This document shows positions 1-11,645 of a stretch of 46,722 nt of DNA, piece by piece. The notes below the pieces were generated by a model. The model was given only the letters and a program-made list of their open reading frames with translations. It did no database searches and was not told where the DNA came from. The stretch comes from Octopus bimaculoides. Its lineage: Eukaryota. Where the stretch lies: the NCBI RefSeq assembly GCF_001194135.2, contig NC_068994.1, forward strand, positions 23,337,990 to 23,384,711. The letters are read 5' to 3'. How positions within the stretch are numbered: position 1 is the stretch's first letter; each line of letters starts with the position of its first letter. Both the position numbers and the translations under genes were made by a program.

Positions 1-299
1 ATCTACATGTGTATATATATGCATATCAGGGTACAGGACGTTAGAACAATGAACTACAGACAACGGAACGAACACATAGGAAAACGGAAAGCCACTTGGA
101 ATATCCATTCATCAGCTGTCTCTCTTCCAACTAGACGTTTCGAAGATAAGATATATACATATCGCAAGAAAGTTGTAGATACTGTTTCGGAAAACTCATG
201 TGTTTAGTGAGGACTAGAATATGACGCAGGCAAACTAGAATATTGTTTAGGCAAACTAGAATACTAAAAAACCGACTATGATATGTCGGCGACAAAAAC

Positions 300-1450
300 G
301 TTTTTAGCATTTTAAAACGTTTTTTCTCTTGGAAATAAAAAGCATACTGGAAATGACTTGGGCGATAATCTGCATCCTTATTACCTCCTTTTTACTTGAA
401 AATAATATGGAAAGATCAGTTTTGCGCTTCATTTGATTCTGCTGTTTATCGTGTAGTTTTTTCAATATTTTCTTGAATATGTGGGGCCAGCCAAATGTAG
501 TTCCAGATTCTTTCAAACCCTCTGCAATTGAAAAGATCATATGCAGCATATCAAGGCATATTTACTTCCCAGTTAGTTCTTGCCCAAGACGGCTATCGTA
601 TCTCTGGTGCTACAATTTTCACGATATTCGTGATATGGTTTTGAGGGATTCTCTGATATAATTGTGGGAACGGTTATGTCTACGCCTACAATGGAAAGGA
701 GAGCAATACCTAGTTAGATCAGTCACAGATTTCATCATTGTTTTAGTTCAGCTTCTAGCGTTTCCATGGTAGTATGTTTTGTTTGCAATACAGTGAAGAA
801 AGCGATAAGCTTCGGATATCACATGCCAATGTGTCAAAATCGTATCAACTTTTTGATAAAATCTTTCTAGGCGCTCCTCTTGGTTATTCATCTAAGGCAG
901 GAGGTGTGTTAAACTCCGTTTAGCCTTTATGTGGTTTCTGTCAACTGAATCTTCACTGACTGTACTGCAGTCCCGAAAAGTCCTCTGTAGTATTAAGGCC
1001 CTGTCGATGAATAGTGCTTCTTCAACCATCAATCGATTAGGCGCGTAGACTTGATGTGCTTGTTGGGCGGTAATCTCGGTGCAGTGCCTCCTCATAGAAG
1101 TATCTTATATCCGCAGCAAATGTGTACAGCTGATAAAATTCAGCCCCCAGTTCTTTCTGAACTAGCATTGAAGGTTATTACATACATGGCAGTACAGTAA
1201 TTGCGGCTGTAGTAGAGCAGCAAATCTTCTCTGGACATATGATCAAAAGCTACACCGGACTATGTTATGCTATGTGCCTTTTTATAACGATAGTAGGGTG
1301 ATTCAAGTGAGATTTGACTTATTTATAGCAGCTCGAACAAATAAAATACATAGATTACCTTGTTAGTTCGTGCTGTACACTAAGTCGGATTGTGGTTAAC
1401 AGGTTGTTCAGCAAGATGTGTTGGCGGTGATTTCATCAAACCAATGTTTG
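300..1450 (-). mobile_element. Highly decayed APE-type LINE fragment (RTE/CR1-like)
   Basis: Minus strand gives QVYAP (~1039-1053, resembling the APE motif QVYAPT) and KGGNKDADYRP (~355-393, resembling the RT-proximal KKG...NYRP motif). Many stops and frameshifts; the spacing implies an internal deletion. Confidence 0.3.
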
Positions 1451-1707
1451 TAATTCTTAGTAGAATAACTAAATTACTTCTGCATTCATTTCTCCACATT
1501 ATCAATTATGGAGTCTAACAGTGCTGAACATTCCAAATACTAGTACTCTCTGAAAACCAACCTTTCGAGTTAGTGTTTTAAACATTTTTGACAATATTGT
1601 CGATATGTCTAATGCGTAAATTCATGGTAAGTTTTAACTTTGAACGGAGTCATGCCTAATACCATATGTATACCTGAAGGCATCAGGTATGGTTCTGGAA
1701 TATCGTA

Positions 1708-2222
1708 GGCGCAGGAGTGGCTGTGTGGTAAGTAGTTTGCTTACCAACCACATGGTTCCGGGTTCAGTCCCACTGCGTGGCGCCTTGGGCAAGTGTCTTC
1801 TACTATAGCCTCGGACCGACCAAAGCTTTGTGAGTGGATTTGGTAGACGGAAACTGAAAGAAGCCCGTCGTATATATATATATATATATNNNNNNNNNNN
1901 NNNNNNNNNNNNNNNNNNNNNNNNNNNNNNNNNNNNNNNNNNNNNNNNNNNNNNNNNNNNNNNNNNNNNNNNNNNNNNNNNNNNNNNNNNNNNNNNNNNN
2001 NNNNNNNNNNNNNNNNNNNNNNNNNNNNNNNNNNNNCGATGCTGGTGTGTTTACGTCCCCGTAACTTAGCGGTTCGGCAAAAGAAACCGATAGAATAAGT
2101 ACTAGACTTACAAAGAATAAGTCCTGGGGTCGATTTGCTCGACTAAAAAGGCGGTGCTCCAGCATGGCCGCAGTCAAAATGACTGAAACAAGTAAAAGAG
2201 TAAAGAGTAGAGAGTAAAGAGA
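1708..2222 (+). mobile_element. tRNA-derived SINE family 1 (head, internal microsatellite, tail), full-length
   Basis: Head GGCGCAGGAGTGGCTGTGTGG (A box) and GGTTCAGTCCC (B box), CORE-like CCTTGGGCAAGTG, then (TA)n and a gap, then a tail ending CAGTCAAAATGACTGAAACAAGTAAAAGAG. Homologous copies recur throughout the window. Confidence 0.9.
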
Positions 2223-2249
2223 ATGATATAATCAAGATGTCAGTGGCAT

Positions 2250-4250
2250 GATGTGGCGGTAGCTGCCATGTCCTACTAAACTTTGTTTCCTTCTGCAACA
2301 GAGGATTAAAAATGGTTAGTCCCTCCTTATCGGCACAGCTACAATTATTGTAGGATTTACAATAATAATGTATTCCGTTACTGCTTTGTGCATAGAAGTA
2401 ATCTTTTAAGAAAACCTTGTCGCATTTGGCAATTTTGTTGAGAGCAGAGAATAAGCCGTTATACAAACCTTGCTTCATACACTAAGTTTGCATTGGGAGT
2501 TGAGGAATAAGACATAGACTCATTATAACGCAGTTCTTGCCCGAGGGTGGGAGTCAAAATGACACAGGGTAATCAATAGCTATGAAGGATGTTTTTAAGT
2601 TTCATTACAAGCTTTTATTTGAACGAGAAACCGATACATGTATTTTTTGTTTTTTTTTCTCTCCCCCACCTACACGCACATCGATAGTGCGTACGTAGCT
2701 CCAAGTTCAACAAAGGAAACTCGTCCAAGAGATGTTCTCTCCTAGCTAATGCTGATAGTTACCTCCATTTCTAACGCGTGTTGACTTTTCAGTATGCAAC
2801 TCGGTGTCCAAGTGCAGATGTTGTTTTGTTTTTTTTTTCTGTTGCTTGTATGCAAAGCTGGTTAATCGCAGACGTTTTCGCAGCTTAGTTTTGGCGGGGG
2901 GGAGGCAAATCTCACAGCCATTTATTTTCAGAGTCTCCGAGGGTGATGGGATGTTATAATATCAGAGTCCTGGTTCGATTGTTTGGAAGAGAATAAACTC
3001 TGCAAGGCCACCTAAACTAGATGGTGGTGTTAAGCTGGGTGATGGATTAAGTCTTCTTCCAATCAGATGAGAAACGCTTTCTTTAAACCAACATTTCTAG
3101 ATCCTTGTAGATCATTCTAGTTAACTAAGCAATAATGTTTCTAAATGGAGCTGCTTGGTGACTTAAAATAATATGCAAGCTGCTGTTGCCCCGGAAGTGA
3201 CCTATAAACTTAAACTACCTAATTACAAATTTGGAGCTTTGCTTTTCAGTATCATGTTGTACTCATCAGTTCATTCTGACTCTCTTGCCGCAGAACTTCA
3301 TACCTGTCCGTTCTGCTGCTTCAAGGTGAAAATTAATGAGCTGAAACCGATTTCACTTTCTAGAATTGGAGACCTTTTCTTATAACTCAGCATGCTACGA
3401 TGGCTGCAATAACAACGGATTTTCTCGTTAGTATCAACCGTAAAATTTGCGCAAACTTGACGAATAGTTGGAAAGGCCAATGTTCAAACCAGGTGTGTGG
3501 TACTGTGCTTAAGAGAATACAAGCTGTGATTTGTTCGGACTAACATCTTAGTGATTCTTAAAAAATACATTCTGACTGAAATATATTCAGAAATATTCAC
3601 TCCCATGCCATTTCAAAACCAAATTGGAGACTATGCCATTATAAACAAATAGTATTCCTACGTACGCTCTTTTCTTTTTTTGCTTCCAGATGAACTAAAG
3701 CAACGTCAAAATCGTACACACTATTGTCCTTTTTAAGTAATAGGCCAACATCTGTTCACCTGCTGCTACAGGTAAACAGGCTTTTATACAAGCAAAGATA
3801 TTCTGTCTTAGCATGTCGTAACGTTGACTGAAATTGATTTGCCTGACTTGCTACAACTGTTTACTTAACGGTTGCCGATTCAAACTATTTAATATAGGCC
3901 TCTTAAGCTCCTGGAAGTAGCTAGAAAATGTTTAAAATTAGATGCTATTTCTTAAAAAATGATGACATCTGAGATCATATTAGGCTATAGAATTAGATAC
4001 AAGGATACCCGAAAAAGACGGGTTAGTCATTGCTGGAATGTATATGATCATAGATCTGCTCAATCCATAGCAACGTGAGTCTAAGGAATAACAGCCTTAA
4101 GATATTGATGACACCAATCCACTGCTCATCACATGAATTGAGAGCCTGTTGGAAAATGGTGTCGGTTAACTAGCCCTTGTATATATCCACTATACAGAAT
4201 ATACGCCCATCTCTTAGATGAACACTGCTGAAAGTTGGCCAGAATATGTA
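2250..4250 (-). mobile_element. Highly decayed LINE ORF2 relic
   Basis: Minus strand: endonuclease-end-like EQIYDH (~4050), FSSDWKK (~3052-3074, resembling P..W before RT domain 1) and RRKQSLVGH (~2270-2300, resembling the RT C-terminal R.LRW.GH). Order is colinear with ORF2 but the matches are weak. Confidence 0.3.
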
Positions 4251-4725
4251 CAACGATTATGACTGCTTTTCTCTTCAGTTACCAGATATTATCAAGTTAT
4301 TTATTCAACATTGTGTGGTTCTTTGTGTTTCGCGTCAAATATGTATTTGGAGACAATTAAATGATGAAAAAGAATAATCACAATAAATATAAGATTAGAT
4401 TAGTTTCAGTTTGTACTACTGATAAGGTGGTGTGCATGAAATTGAGAATTTTGTTTTCTAAGTATTCATTGAACATTAATCATGAGAGAATCTCTTTCTT
4501 ATAACACAAATTTCCTGGTAGTCTGGTGTTTTTTTTTTCTTGCAAGATAAAAAAAATGGTACTGTTTGCAAAGACATTGGCAAATTACGGATATTCTGTT
4601 CGAGCGGCAGAAACCATAATAAGAACACATGCCGTTGTCTATTGATTTTGGTCAATTTACGGAAATCTTATTTACGTCTGACAACAAGAAGAGTAATTGT
4701 TCTCTGTCAAACGAGATTCAAACTG

Positions 4726-4860
4726 GGCGCAGGCGTGGCTGGGTGGTTGACAAATTAATTTCATAACCAAATGTTTTCAGGCTCGATTCCACTACGCGAC
4801 TCTGTCGGCAAGAACCTTCTATTATAGCAACTGGTTCACCTCAATCATATGAGTAAAACA
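4726..4860 (+). mobile_element. Degenerate SINE family 1 head
   Basis: GGGCGCAGGCGTGGCTGGGTGG...GGCTCGATTCCACTACGCG...CTTCTATTATAGC aligns by eye to the head at 1708. Confidence 0.65.
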
Positions 4861-5109
4861 TGAGTTTGCGGGTACTTTGAAAACACCTCAACGAGCTCAT
4901 TGATGCTGAGCTCATTAAAGCTGAGCATGCTCTAACAAGAAACTAACTGCAACGCACCCATAGCGGCGGCGTTCATGGTTGTGTAATCAGCTAATGGAAG
5001 ATTCACTATCACTCAAGCTCTCAATTCGAATTCATAATAATGGAATCGGGTAACGATAGAGTTACAGGAACCCGGACAAGCAGCGCGACCGTATAATTAT
5101 ATATATATA

Positions 5110-5308
5110 TTTCTTCTATTCTTTTACTTGTTTCATTCATTTAACTGCGGTCATGCTGAAACACCGTCTTGAAAGGTTTTAGTCAAACAAATCGACCCCA
5201 GCACTTATTTTTGATCCTAGTACTTATTCTATTGATCTCTTTATGGGGAGGTAAACACACCAACACCGGTTGTCAAGCAGTGGTGGACGGACAAACGCAG
5301 ACACAAAG

Positions 5309-5366
<58 letters not shown>

Positions 5367-5500
5367 GACGGGCTTCTTTCAGTTTCTGTCTGCTAAATCT
5401 ACTCTCAAGGCTTTGGTCGGCCCAAAGATATAGTAGAAGACACTTGCCCAAGGTATCACGCACTAGGACTGAACCTGGAACCATGAGGTTGGAAAGCAGC
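5110..5500 (-). mobile_element. SINE family 1, near full-length, with internal (CA)n
   Basis: Reverse complement of the tail (5110-5285), then (CA)n, then reverse complement of the head (5365-5500). Confidence 0.9.
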
Positions 5501-5699
5501 CAGTTTTTCTTAGATGATGTAAAACTGTGCTGCTGTGTCTCTTTAATTTCTCCTCTATTAACTTTTCTTGAAGAAAGACTGTTTGAAACATTGAATATTC
5601 GACTCCCCACGGCAACTTCATTGTACTCCTTTTGTCGATTTTACTGTTTAATACAAGCCTTGTCGACGAAGATCAACACCATTCGCTTTGGAATCTGTT

Positions 5700-5822
5700 C
5701 GCTCACATGTGTGTCTGTACACATACACACATATATGTATGCAGATGTATATACATTCATATATGTACATATATGTATATATACGTAAATAGATATATAC
5801 GCACGCGCACACACACGCATAT
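5700..5822. repeat. Compound (TA)/(CA)-type microsatellite
   Basis: Directly visible dinucleotide tract. Confidence 0.85.
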
Positions 5823-6770
5823 ATAAAAACTTGATACCAGTTCAAATATGGTTGAAAGATATTTGAATGTGTAAAGGTTGTTCAGTGCAGTTTGTCATGG
5901 ATAAAAGAAATTCTCGCTTAAGACAAAAAAAGTATTAAAATACGATAGTCAACTCAGAGTGCCCGGCGTTTTAACACCTTTTTTTCGTAAGTGAAATTTT
6001 TTTCATCATGAAAAACTGCAGTGATAGGCCTGCAGCTGAAATATCTTTCACACATATTTGAACTGGTATCCAGTTTGAACCCTTTCCTTTGCTGCTTCGT
6101 GCATCTACACACGTATTTGTTCCGGCCTGGCAGCCAATATGGGAAATCAGTAAATATTATTTACTGGTTTACAATAAAGGAAGATTTGCATCCTAATAAG
6201 TTGTTTTTGTTGCTACCTGGAGCTGAAGAGAACAAACAAGTTCGAAATGCATTAATCAGTCCAATAGAGGGCGCTCTAAGCTGATCACGGTATTTTAACA
6301 CCTTTTTGTTCTTAGCAAGAATTTGTTTTCTCTTTGACAAACTACAGTGAACAGCTTTTTTATTCATCATTCCCGAATCATCTTCGGTAATCAAAGTCAG
6401 TTCGATGTTGATTAATACATATATTTACGTATATGTGACATACTGAAAAACTATTTAATGCTTATATTATTCTACAATTCTGTGACAGTGTTCACGGATA
6501 TCAATGTCTGTTCATAAAATAATTCGCTCCATCTTACAGTGTCGACAGTTAAACTGACGATAACGAAATCAAGTTGGACTACAACGTAATCGGAACTGAC
6601 GATGGTGAATACCAGGTTGGTAATGATGAATTTAAGTGAGGAAACCCCTTATAACTAACTTATCTAGTACTCCAGTATGATCGCCGTCTAATGGATAAAA
6701 TCATTAGAAAAAACAAGAAAACGATATTTTGTTCTACAGCAGCCTACGTTGGACGTATAATATTAATAAA

Positions 6771-6801
6771 TACATATATTCGTACGTGTACACGTAATAC
6801 A

Positions 6802-6835
<34 letters not shown>

Positions 6836-6846
6836 CACATATACAT
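6771..6846. repeat. (ATAC)n microsatellite
   Basis: Directly visible tetranucleotide tract. Confidence 0.9.
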
Positions 6847-9010
6847 TCCAACAGCACTGTCGAACAAAGAACAAAAACGCGATGATAAGTTATTATAGTT
6901 ATTGAGTATAACTTTTGTTCATTCAATTGCTATACACTGTTTTCTAAAACATTTTTCAAAAGTGTTTTCATCTACAAACCTATTTATGAAATACTATAAC
7001 TTTCAATAATAAAGTTCCTTGATAAATTGTAATTTAATTAAAGAAGAGATTTAAATATAGTTACTTCTGATTGGCCAAATCTATTTAAGAATGTTTGCTA
7101 TATTGGCTTGTGTGCAAAAAACAGATTTGTATATTACATAATCGCTTGACTTCTGTACATACTATATAGCATGACTCATACGTGCATTGCTGACAAGGTC
7201 TACTATATTTGAAATAAATTGACTTTACATTAAACTATCGAAAAACATTACAGACCACATTGATAAAACATTACGCTTATTGTGAATATGTTACTTTTGA
7301 TCGGAACAAAATATGAGTGTCACATATTTACTAACTGAAATTACTGATCACCAAATGGAAAAGAAACTATGGGATTTACTGAGCCTATAATTTGAGAGGA
7401 ACAACTGAATTGTTATTTCATTTGTGTAATCGAATTTTTATTTCTGTACACCCCAACCCACGCTTCAAGAAAAGTATTTCTTATATTCCCACAGTTCTGT
7501 TCCTCCTGTACAACTCTCTGCTGACCCCAAAGAACCTTCATAGATTCTTGATAATGAATTCAGTGGTACATCGACTCACTGAGAAAAATCGGGTTGTGAG
7601 TGTGATCACGGATCTCAATATGATTTAAATGATTTTTTCCTTTTATTTTATCTTTTCGTCAGGAGGAAAAGCATTGCTCATGATCCTTTACAGGGCCTCC
7701 GAGACAAATAAAAGTGAACTCTATTTGTCTTTCAAGGGGCCAGGTGTTAAACCGAGCAGAGGGTTAAGTGCTGGAACATCATTGCTCGTGGATTGGTTGC
7801 AATAACAATGTGTCAGGTGTACCAATATTTTTTTAAGAACCGAAATTGAAGTGTGGATCCATCAATCCACACACACACACAAACACGTGCGCACGCACAC
7901 AGGAGCAATTCTTTAAAAGATGCACACGTCTGGTAAAACGCTAACATAATGTAAATGAATTTCGAGAAATTGACTAACAGAGTGAATGAGAGAGAAAACT
8001 GCGATTCAATATTGTAATATCATAAGCAACAATAATTATCTATCTTGACAACGTTCAAGGCAAATATTTGCTGGTGAAGTCGGGGCGCTTAGAACTTTGA
8101 ATCAGCCCCACAGTATCAATGAAGTAAAGATGAAAAGACTTGATAATTTCGAAGTCAAAGTTGTTTATTAAAATCAGAGAACGATATACAATTCCACCTC
8201 CAAAACAGAATTCCACTCCATAGACGAAATTTAACTCTATACAGAATAAGATTGAGTTATATTGATACAAATGAAAGTTGATTCAATAGTCTTCAGTATA
8301 TAACTGGTATTATTTTATCGAATTTGAAGAGATGAAAGGAATAGGCGTAACAGGATGTAAATACATAATATAAGGCATATTATCTGGCATTTTTAACGTT
8401 TCTGCAATTCACCATCATCTATCACATAAATGTGCATAATAAAATCAACACACACACCACCACCACTACTATTCCATTTTGTCATTGTTGATATTTTATA
8501 ATAGTAAAACGTTGATTATTTTGAGAAGAGAAATTCCAGAAGTTCAATTGAACATAAAAACGGAGCTCATTTAAAAAGCAAAGCATTGTAATAAAAGGCA
8601 GAAAATAAAATTTAAAAAAAAAAGAAAAAAGAAAAGAAAACGGAAGGGGTGGCTTGATTTTACCGTTGCAAACATTTTGCTTTTTGACTTCATCGGTGAA
8701 CTACACAAAAGAGAAAAAAAACTTTCGTAGTTATCCTGAAAAGGTTATAAAATTAATCACGAGTTAAATAACGAATTTCTAATCCTGTATCGATTGATTT
8801 CAATATAAAGCCTATACCAGTGCCAATATTACGAAGAAACATTTTTGTTATATTTCATAGTGCATTTTCAGTTTTCTCTTTTGTGCTTTACAGAGAATGT
8901 AAACTGCGTCACTTCTACAATGGTTCTAATCACACGTTATGTAATGCGTCATGTATTAGCGAAGAATATTTTTTCTTTTTAAACAAGTTACATATGTTGA
9001 CACATTAATG

Positions 9011-9082
9011 AAGCGTTTCTCAACCGGGGTTCCCCACCACCCTAGGGTTCCGCAAAAGGTTCCTTACGGGCTCCGCGAGAAA
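9011..9082 (+). mobile_element. hAT-like DNA transposon/MITE terminal fragment
   Basis: AGCGTTTCTCAACCGGGGTTCC followed by repeated GGTTCCGC subterminal motifs, typical of hAT/Charlie-type ends. No partner TIR visible; it may lie in the gap. Confidence 0.55.
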
Positions 9083-9224
9083 GAGTGAGATAAGCTAATT
9101 TCATGATCGTAATATTACTATACATGCACAACATATTGGTTATTGTGATATAGACATCATTCTATATAACCTATTACGTTATCAAAAAAATATAACAACC
9201 ACACACACACACACGCACACACAC

Positions 9225-9256
<32 letters not shown>

Positions 9257-9439
9257 NNNNNNNNNNNNNNNNNNNNNNNNNNNNNNNNNNNNNNNNNNNN
9301 NNNNNNNNNNNNNNNNNNNNNNNNNNNNNNNNNNNNNNNNNNNNNNNNNNNNNNNNNNNNNNNNNNNNNNNNNNNNNNNNNNNNNNNNNNNNNNNNNNNN
9401 NNNNNNNNNNNNNNNNNNNNNNNNNNNNNNNNNNNNNNT

Positions 9440-10125
9440 GGTCATGTCTGCCGTCCACCAAGGTGTTCATTGGCGGCCGGCCTTGGAGTTTTCCTGGGTC
9501 ACTGGTGAAGGGGTCCTGAAGTTACATGGTTGTTTACATTTTGTCGCCTTTTTTCGAAACTTTGTATCGTAGTAGCACAGGTCATCATGTTTAACTATAC
9601 CCCGTCTCGGAGCCGACCCTGTGGAGTTGACTAGGACACCACTGGACAGAAAATGCCTGTCGGCTGCTTTTGCTAATTGCCACAGGTCCTTGATTTCGGT
9701 CTGAGTTATGAGGGCCTGGACCTGGGGTGACAGCTTGCTGAGGAATATTTCTTTAAACAAAAAAGGAAGGTGACACACCGGGGTTGGGGGGCTAATGCCA
9801 ACATCCTGTCCATCAGTTCTCAAGGCTTGGAATCGCCTAATTCCTCTTCCAGTATCCTGGCCGCCGCTTCTCTTTCACTGCGTTGGAAGGTATCCACTAG
9901 CCTATCTTTCAATATAACGTATTTTTCTGTTGGTGGGGGATGGGTTAAAATGTCCAGCACCCTCGTTGCCGAGTCTTCATCTAGTGCCGCCACAACGTGC
10001 GAGTACTTTGTTTGGTCGGCCGTTATCTTGTTTATATCGAATTGAAGTCCCGCCTGCGCGAACTACAGCTAAGCCCTCTTAGACCAGAACTGTGGTAGCC
10101 TCAGTGGGGTTTTGTTGCTAGCCAT
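9440..10125 (-). pseudogene. gag: Gypsy/Ty3 gag pseudogene (internal region of an LTR retrotransposon)
   Basis: ATG at 10125 gives MASNKTPLRLPQFWSKRA*L*FAQ...TKYSHVVAALD...LGDSKP*ELMDRMLAL, then after a frameshift LAKAADRHF...CYYDTKFRKKATKCKQPC. This matches the LP.FW-type gag with a C-terminal CWYH...C...C-like knuckle. Stops and a frameshift; runs into a gap. Confidence 0.85.
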
Positions 10126-10157
10126 GTTTGTTTCGGTAGTGGGAACTGTTGTTCTAT

Positions 10158-10409
10158 CGTCGGGGATACCAGTTATAGCTTTGTTAAGCTATACACAAAC
10201 AAACTAGTGGAGACGAGAATACATTTACCAAAGGTTTATTACTTTAAGCTAGTCGTCAGTTCACTCATATTCGTTCCACGCTTGCTGCTGACATTCTTCT
10301 GTTTTCATTCTCCTCCTGGAAGTGGCTTTCTTTTCTGCTGACCAACTTCCTAGCTAGCCCGCAGCGAAATATCTGTTTGCAGTTCGTCTGTCACGAGTCC
10401 TTCCCTACA
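10158..10409 (-). mobile_element. 5' LTR (10174-10409) plus tRNA-Trp-type PBS (10158-10171) of the Gypsy element
   Basis: Minus strand starts TGTAG and ends CTATA (decayed CTACA), with an internal AATAAA, then AC, then TGGTATCCCCGACG (near-match to TGGTGACCCCGACG, the complement of the tRNA-Trp 3' end). Lies about 30 bp upstream of the gag ATG. Confidence 0.75.
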
Positions 10410-10761
10410 GTAGTATCTGACACTGTAAATACTTTATACAGTTCTGTCATGCTGTGGATCTTTAACTTTTAGGCTCAATTCCCTATCAGGGTCCACTATT
10501 GTGGAATATTGTGGAATATTGTGGAAATCTTAAGAGAATATATGCACACCCTATATTCTGCTCTCCGTCTTCCATCCCCTACAGCGTATGAGCTCCATCT
10601 ACATTATAGGAAGCTGTTATTGTGTTTGGCCGTGACTAAAGTTTGCAATGTATTGATGTGTACAGATGTCATTTTAGTAAAGCAAGTTAAAGAAATACTT
10701 ATCGGTTGAACGGGTACTTATGTTGTTTGTTGTACATTTTTGTAGATAAAATCAGCGACGA

Positions 10762-10841
10762 AGTCTGCGCAGTCGCTAGACCAGATGAAAATAGAAATCC
10801 TTCAAATTATACCCTACTGTTTCAAATAGAAAAAAGACACA
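10762..10841 (+). repeat. Fragment of an unclassified interspersed repeat, interrupted by a MITE
   Basis: Similar by eye to 19808-19906 (+), 45500-45545 (+) and 46565-46700 (-), with GCAGTC.CT...CTAGAAA...CCTCAAAT...ATAATGTAGTC.TAGATA motifs. Confidence 0.45.
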
Positions 10842-10968
10842 TACGAGGGGTGTGTGAAAAGTTTTGAGCCTTCAAGGCCTTTGAGCTTTGAGATCTTGTA
10901 CCTTCATCAGAAGTTTTGTACCATGTTTTATTTTTTTGAGGCTCAAGACTTTTCATACACCACTCGTA
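10842..10968. mobile_element. Tc1/mariner-type MITE
   Basis: 28-bp TIRs at 10844-10871 and 10939-10966 (25/28 identical, CGAGGGGTGTGTGAAAAGTTTTGAGCCT), flanked by TA on both sides. Confidence 0.9.
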
Positions 10969-11478
10969 GTTGAATGTTGTTTCTGAGGCTGATCGGAGTC
11001 GATCAAAATGTTTTCAGTATTTAGTTACGGTTCTTTATGTTCTGAGTTCAAATCATGTCCTAGTCAACTGCTTTTCCACTTTGTGGGGTTGTTAAAATGG
11101 AGTAAATTTCCAGTAACAGAGTCGATTTAAAATTACAATAAAGTATCCAAGATACAATACTTTAATAAATATAATGAAGGACAATAACTGGAATATAATG
11201 TGAACACTTTATATTCTATCATAGTGTTTCCGTTGCTAGTATATAATAAACACACTTCTCTAATTTCTTGGTTCGAATTTTCGGTACTATACCATTATAT
11301 CTCCCATTAACGGACTGATACTGACAAAACAAAAGATGAAATTGAGGTCCTCAAGTTTTACAAATTTTAAACATTGAGCCATCGTTGTTTATGTCATCAT
11401 TTTTTAGCTCAGCTCTGATTTAGCGGTGTATAATCTGAGCCAGCCAAGCAGTGTTTATCCCATCGAGGGATTACATTG

Positions 11479-11645
11479 ATGTAGTGGCTTCATGCAGGCA
11501 TAGCGTGGATTCGATACTCGATAGTCAAATTTCACTTAACAGTTCAATAGCACTTTTTTCACGGTAAAACAGTAGTTGAGCGACAGCAGTTACATTTACC
11601 AGATGCCATCGCTAAGCCAGAATAATGTCTTCGCTACTTGACTCT
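11479..11645 (+). repeat. Unclassified ~165-bp repeat, possibly an old tRNA-derived SINE (copy 1)
   Basis: Aligns end to end with 15035-15196 and has a B-box-like GGATTCGATAC. Confidence 0.7.

Noticed and set aside
2170-2200. SINE tail CAGTCAAAATGACT-GAAAC-AA-GTA resembles the right half of a hammerhead
   Set aside because: No CTGANGA upstream in any copy. More simply, it is the 3' stem-loop and tail recognised by a partner LINE.
3225-3275. Minus-strand CTGATGA...GAAAAGC-AAA-GCTC
   Set aside because: Extra nucleotides in the core and no stem I. It lies in a decayed LINE and is probably chance.
6535-6640. CpG-rich stretch with CTGACGA-TAAC-GAAA and possible splice sites
   Set aside because: No stem I or III for a ribozyme. 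Exon frames are short or closed and resemble no protein I recognise.
7660-7810. Possible exon after a strong polypyrimidine acceptor (GKALLMILYRASETNK...)
   Set aside because: No recognisable homology, no clear donor and no partner exons.
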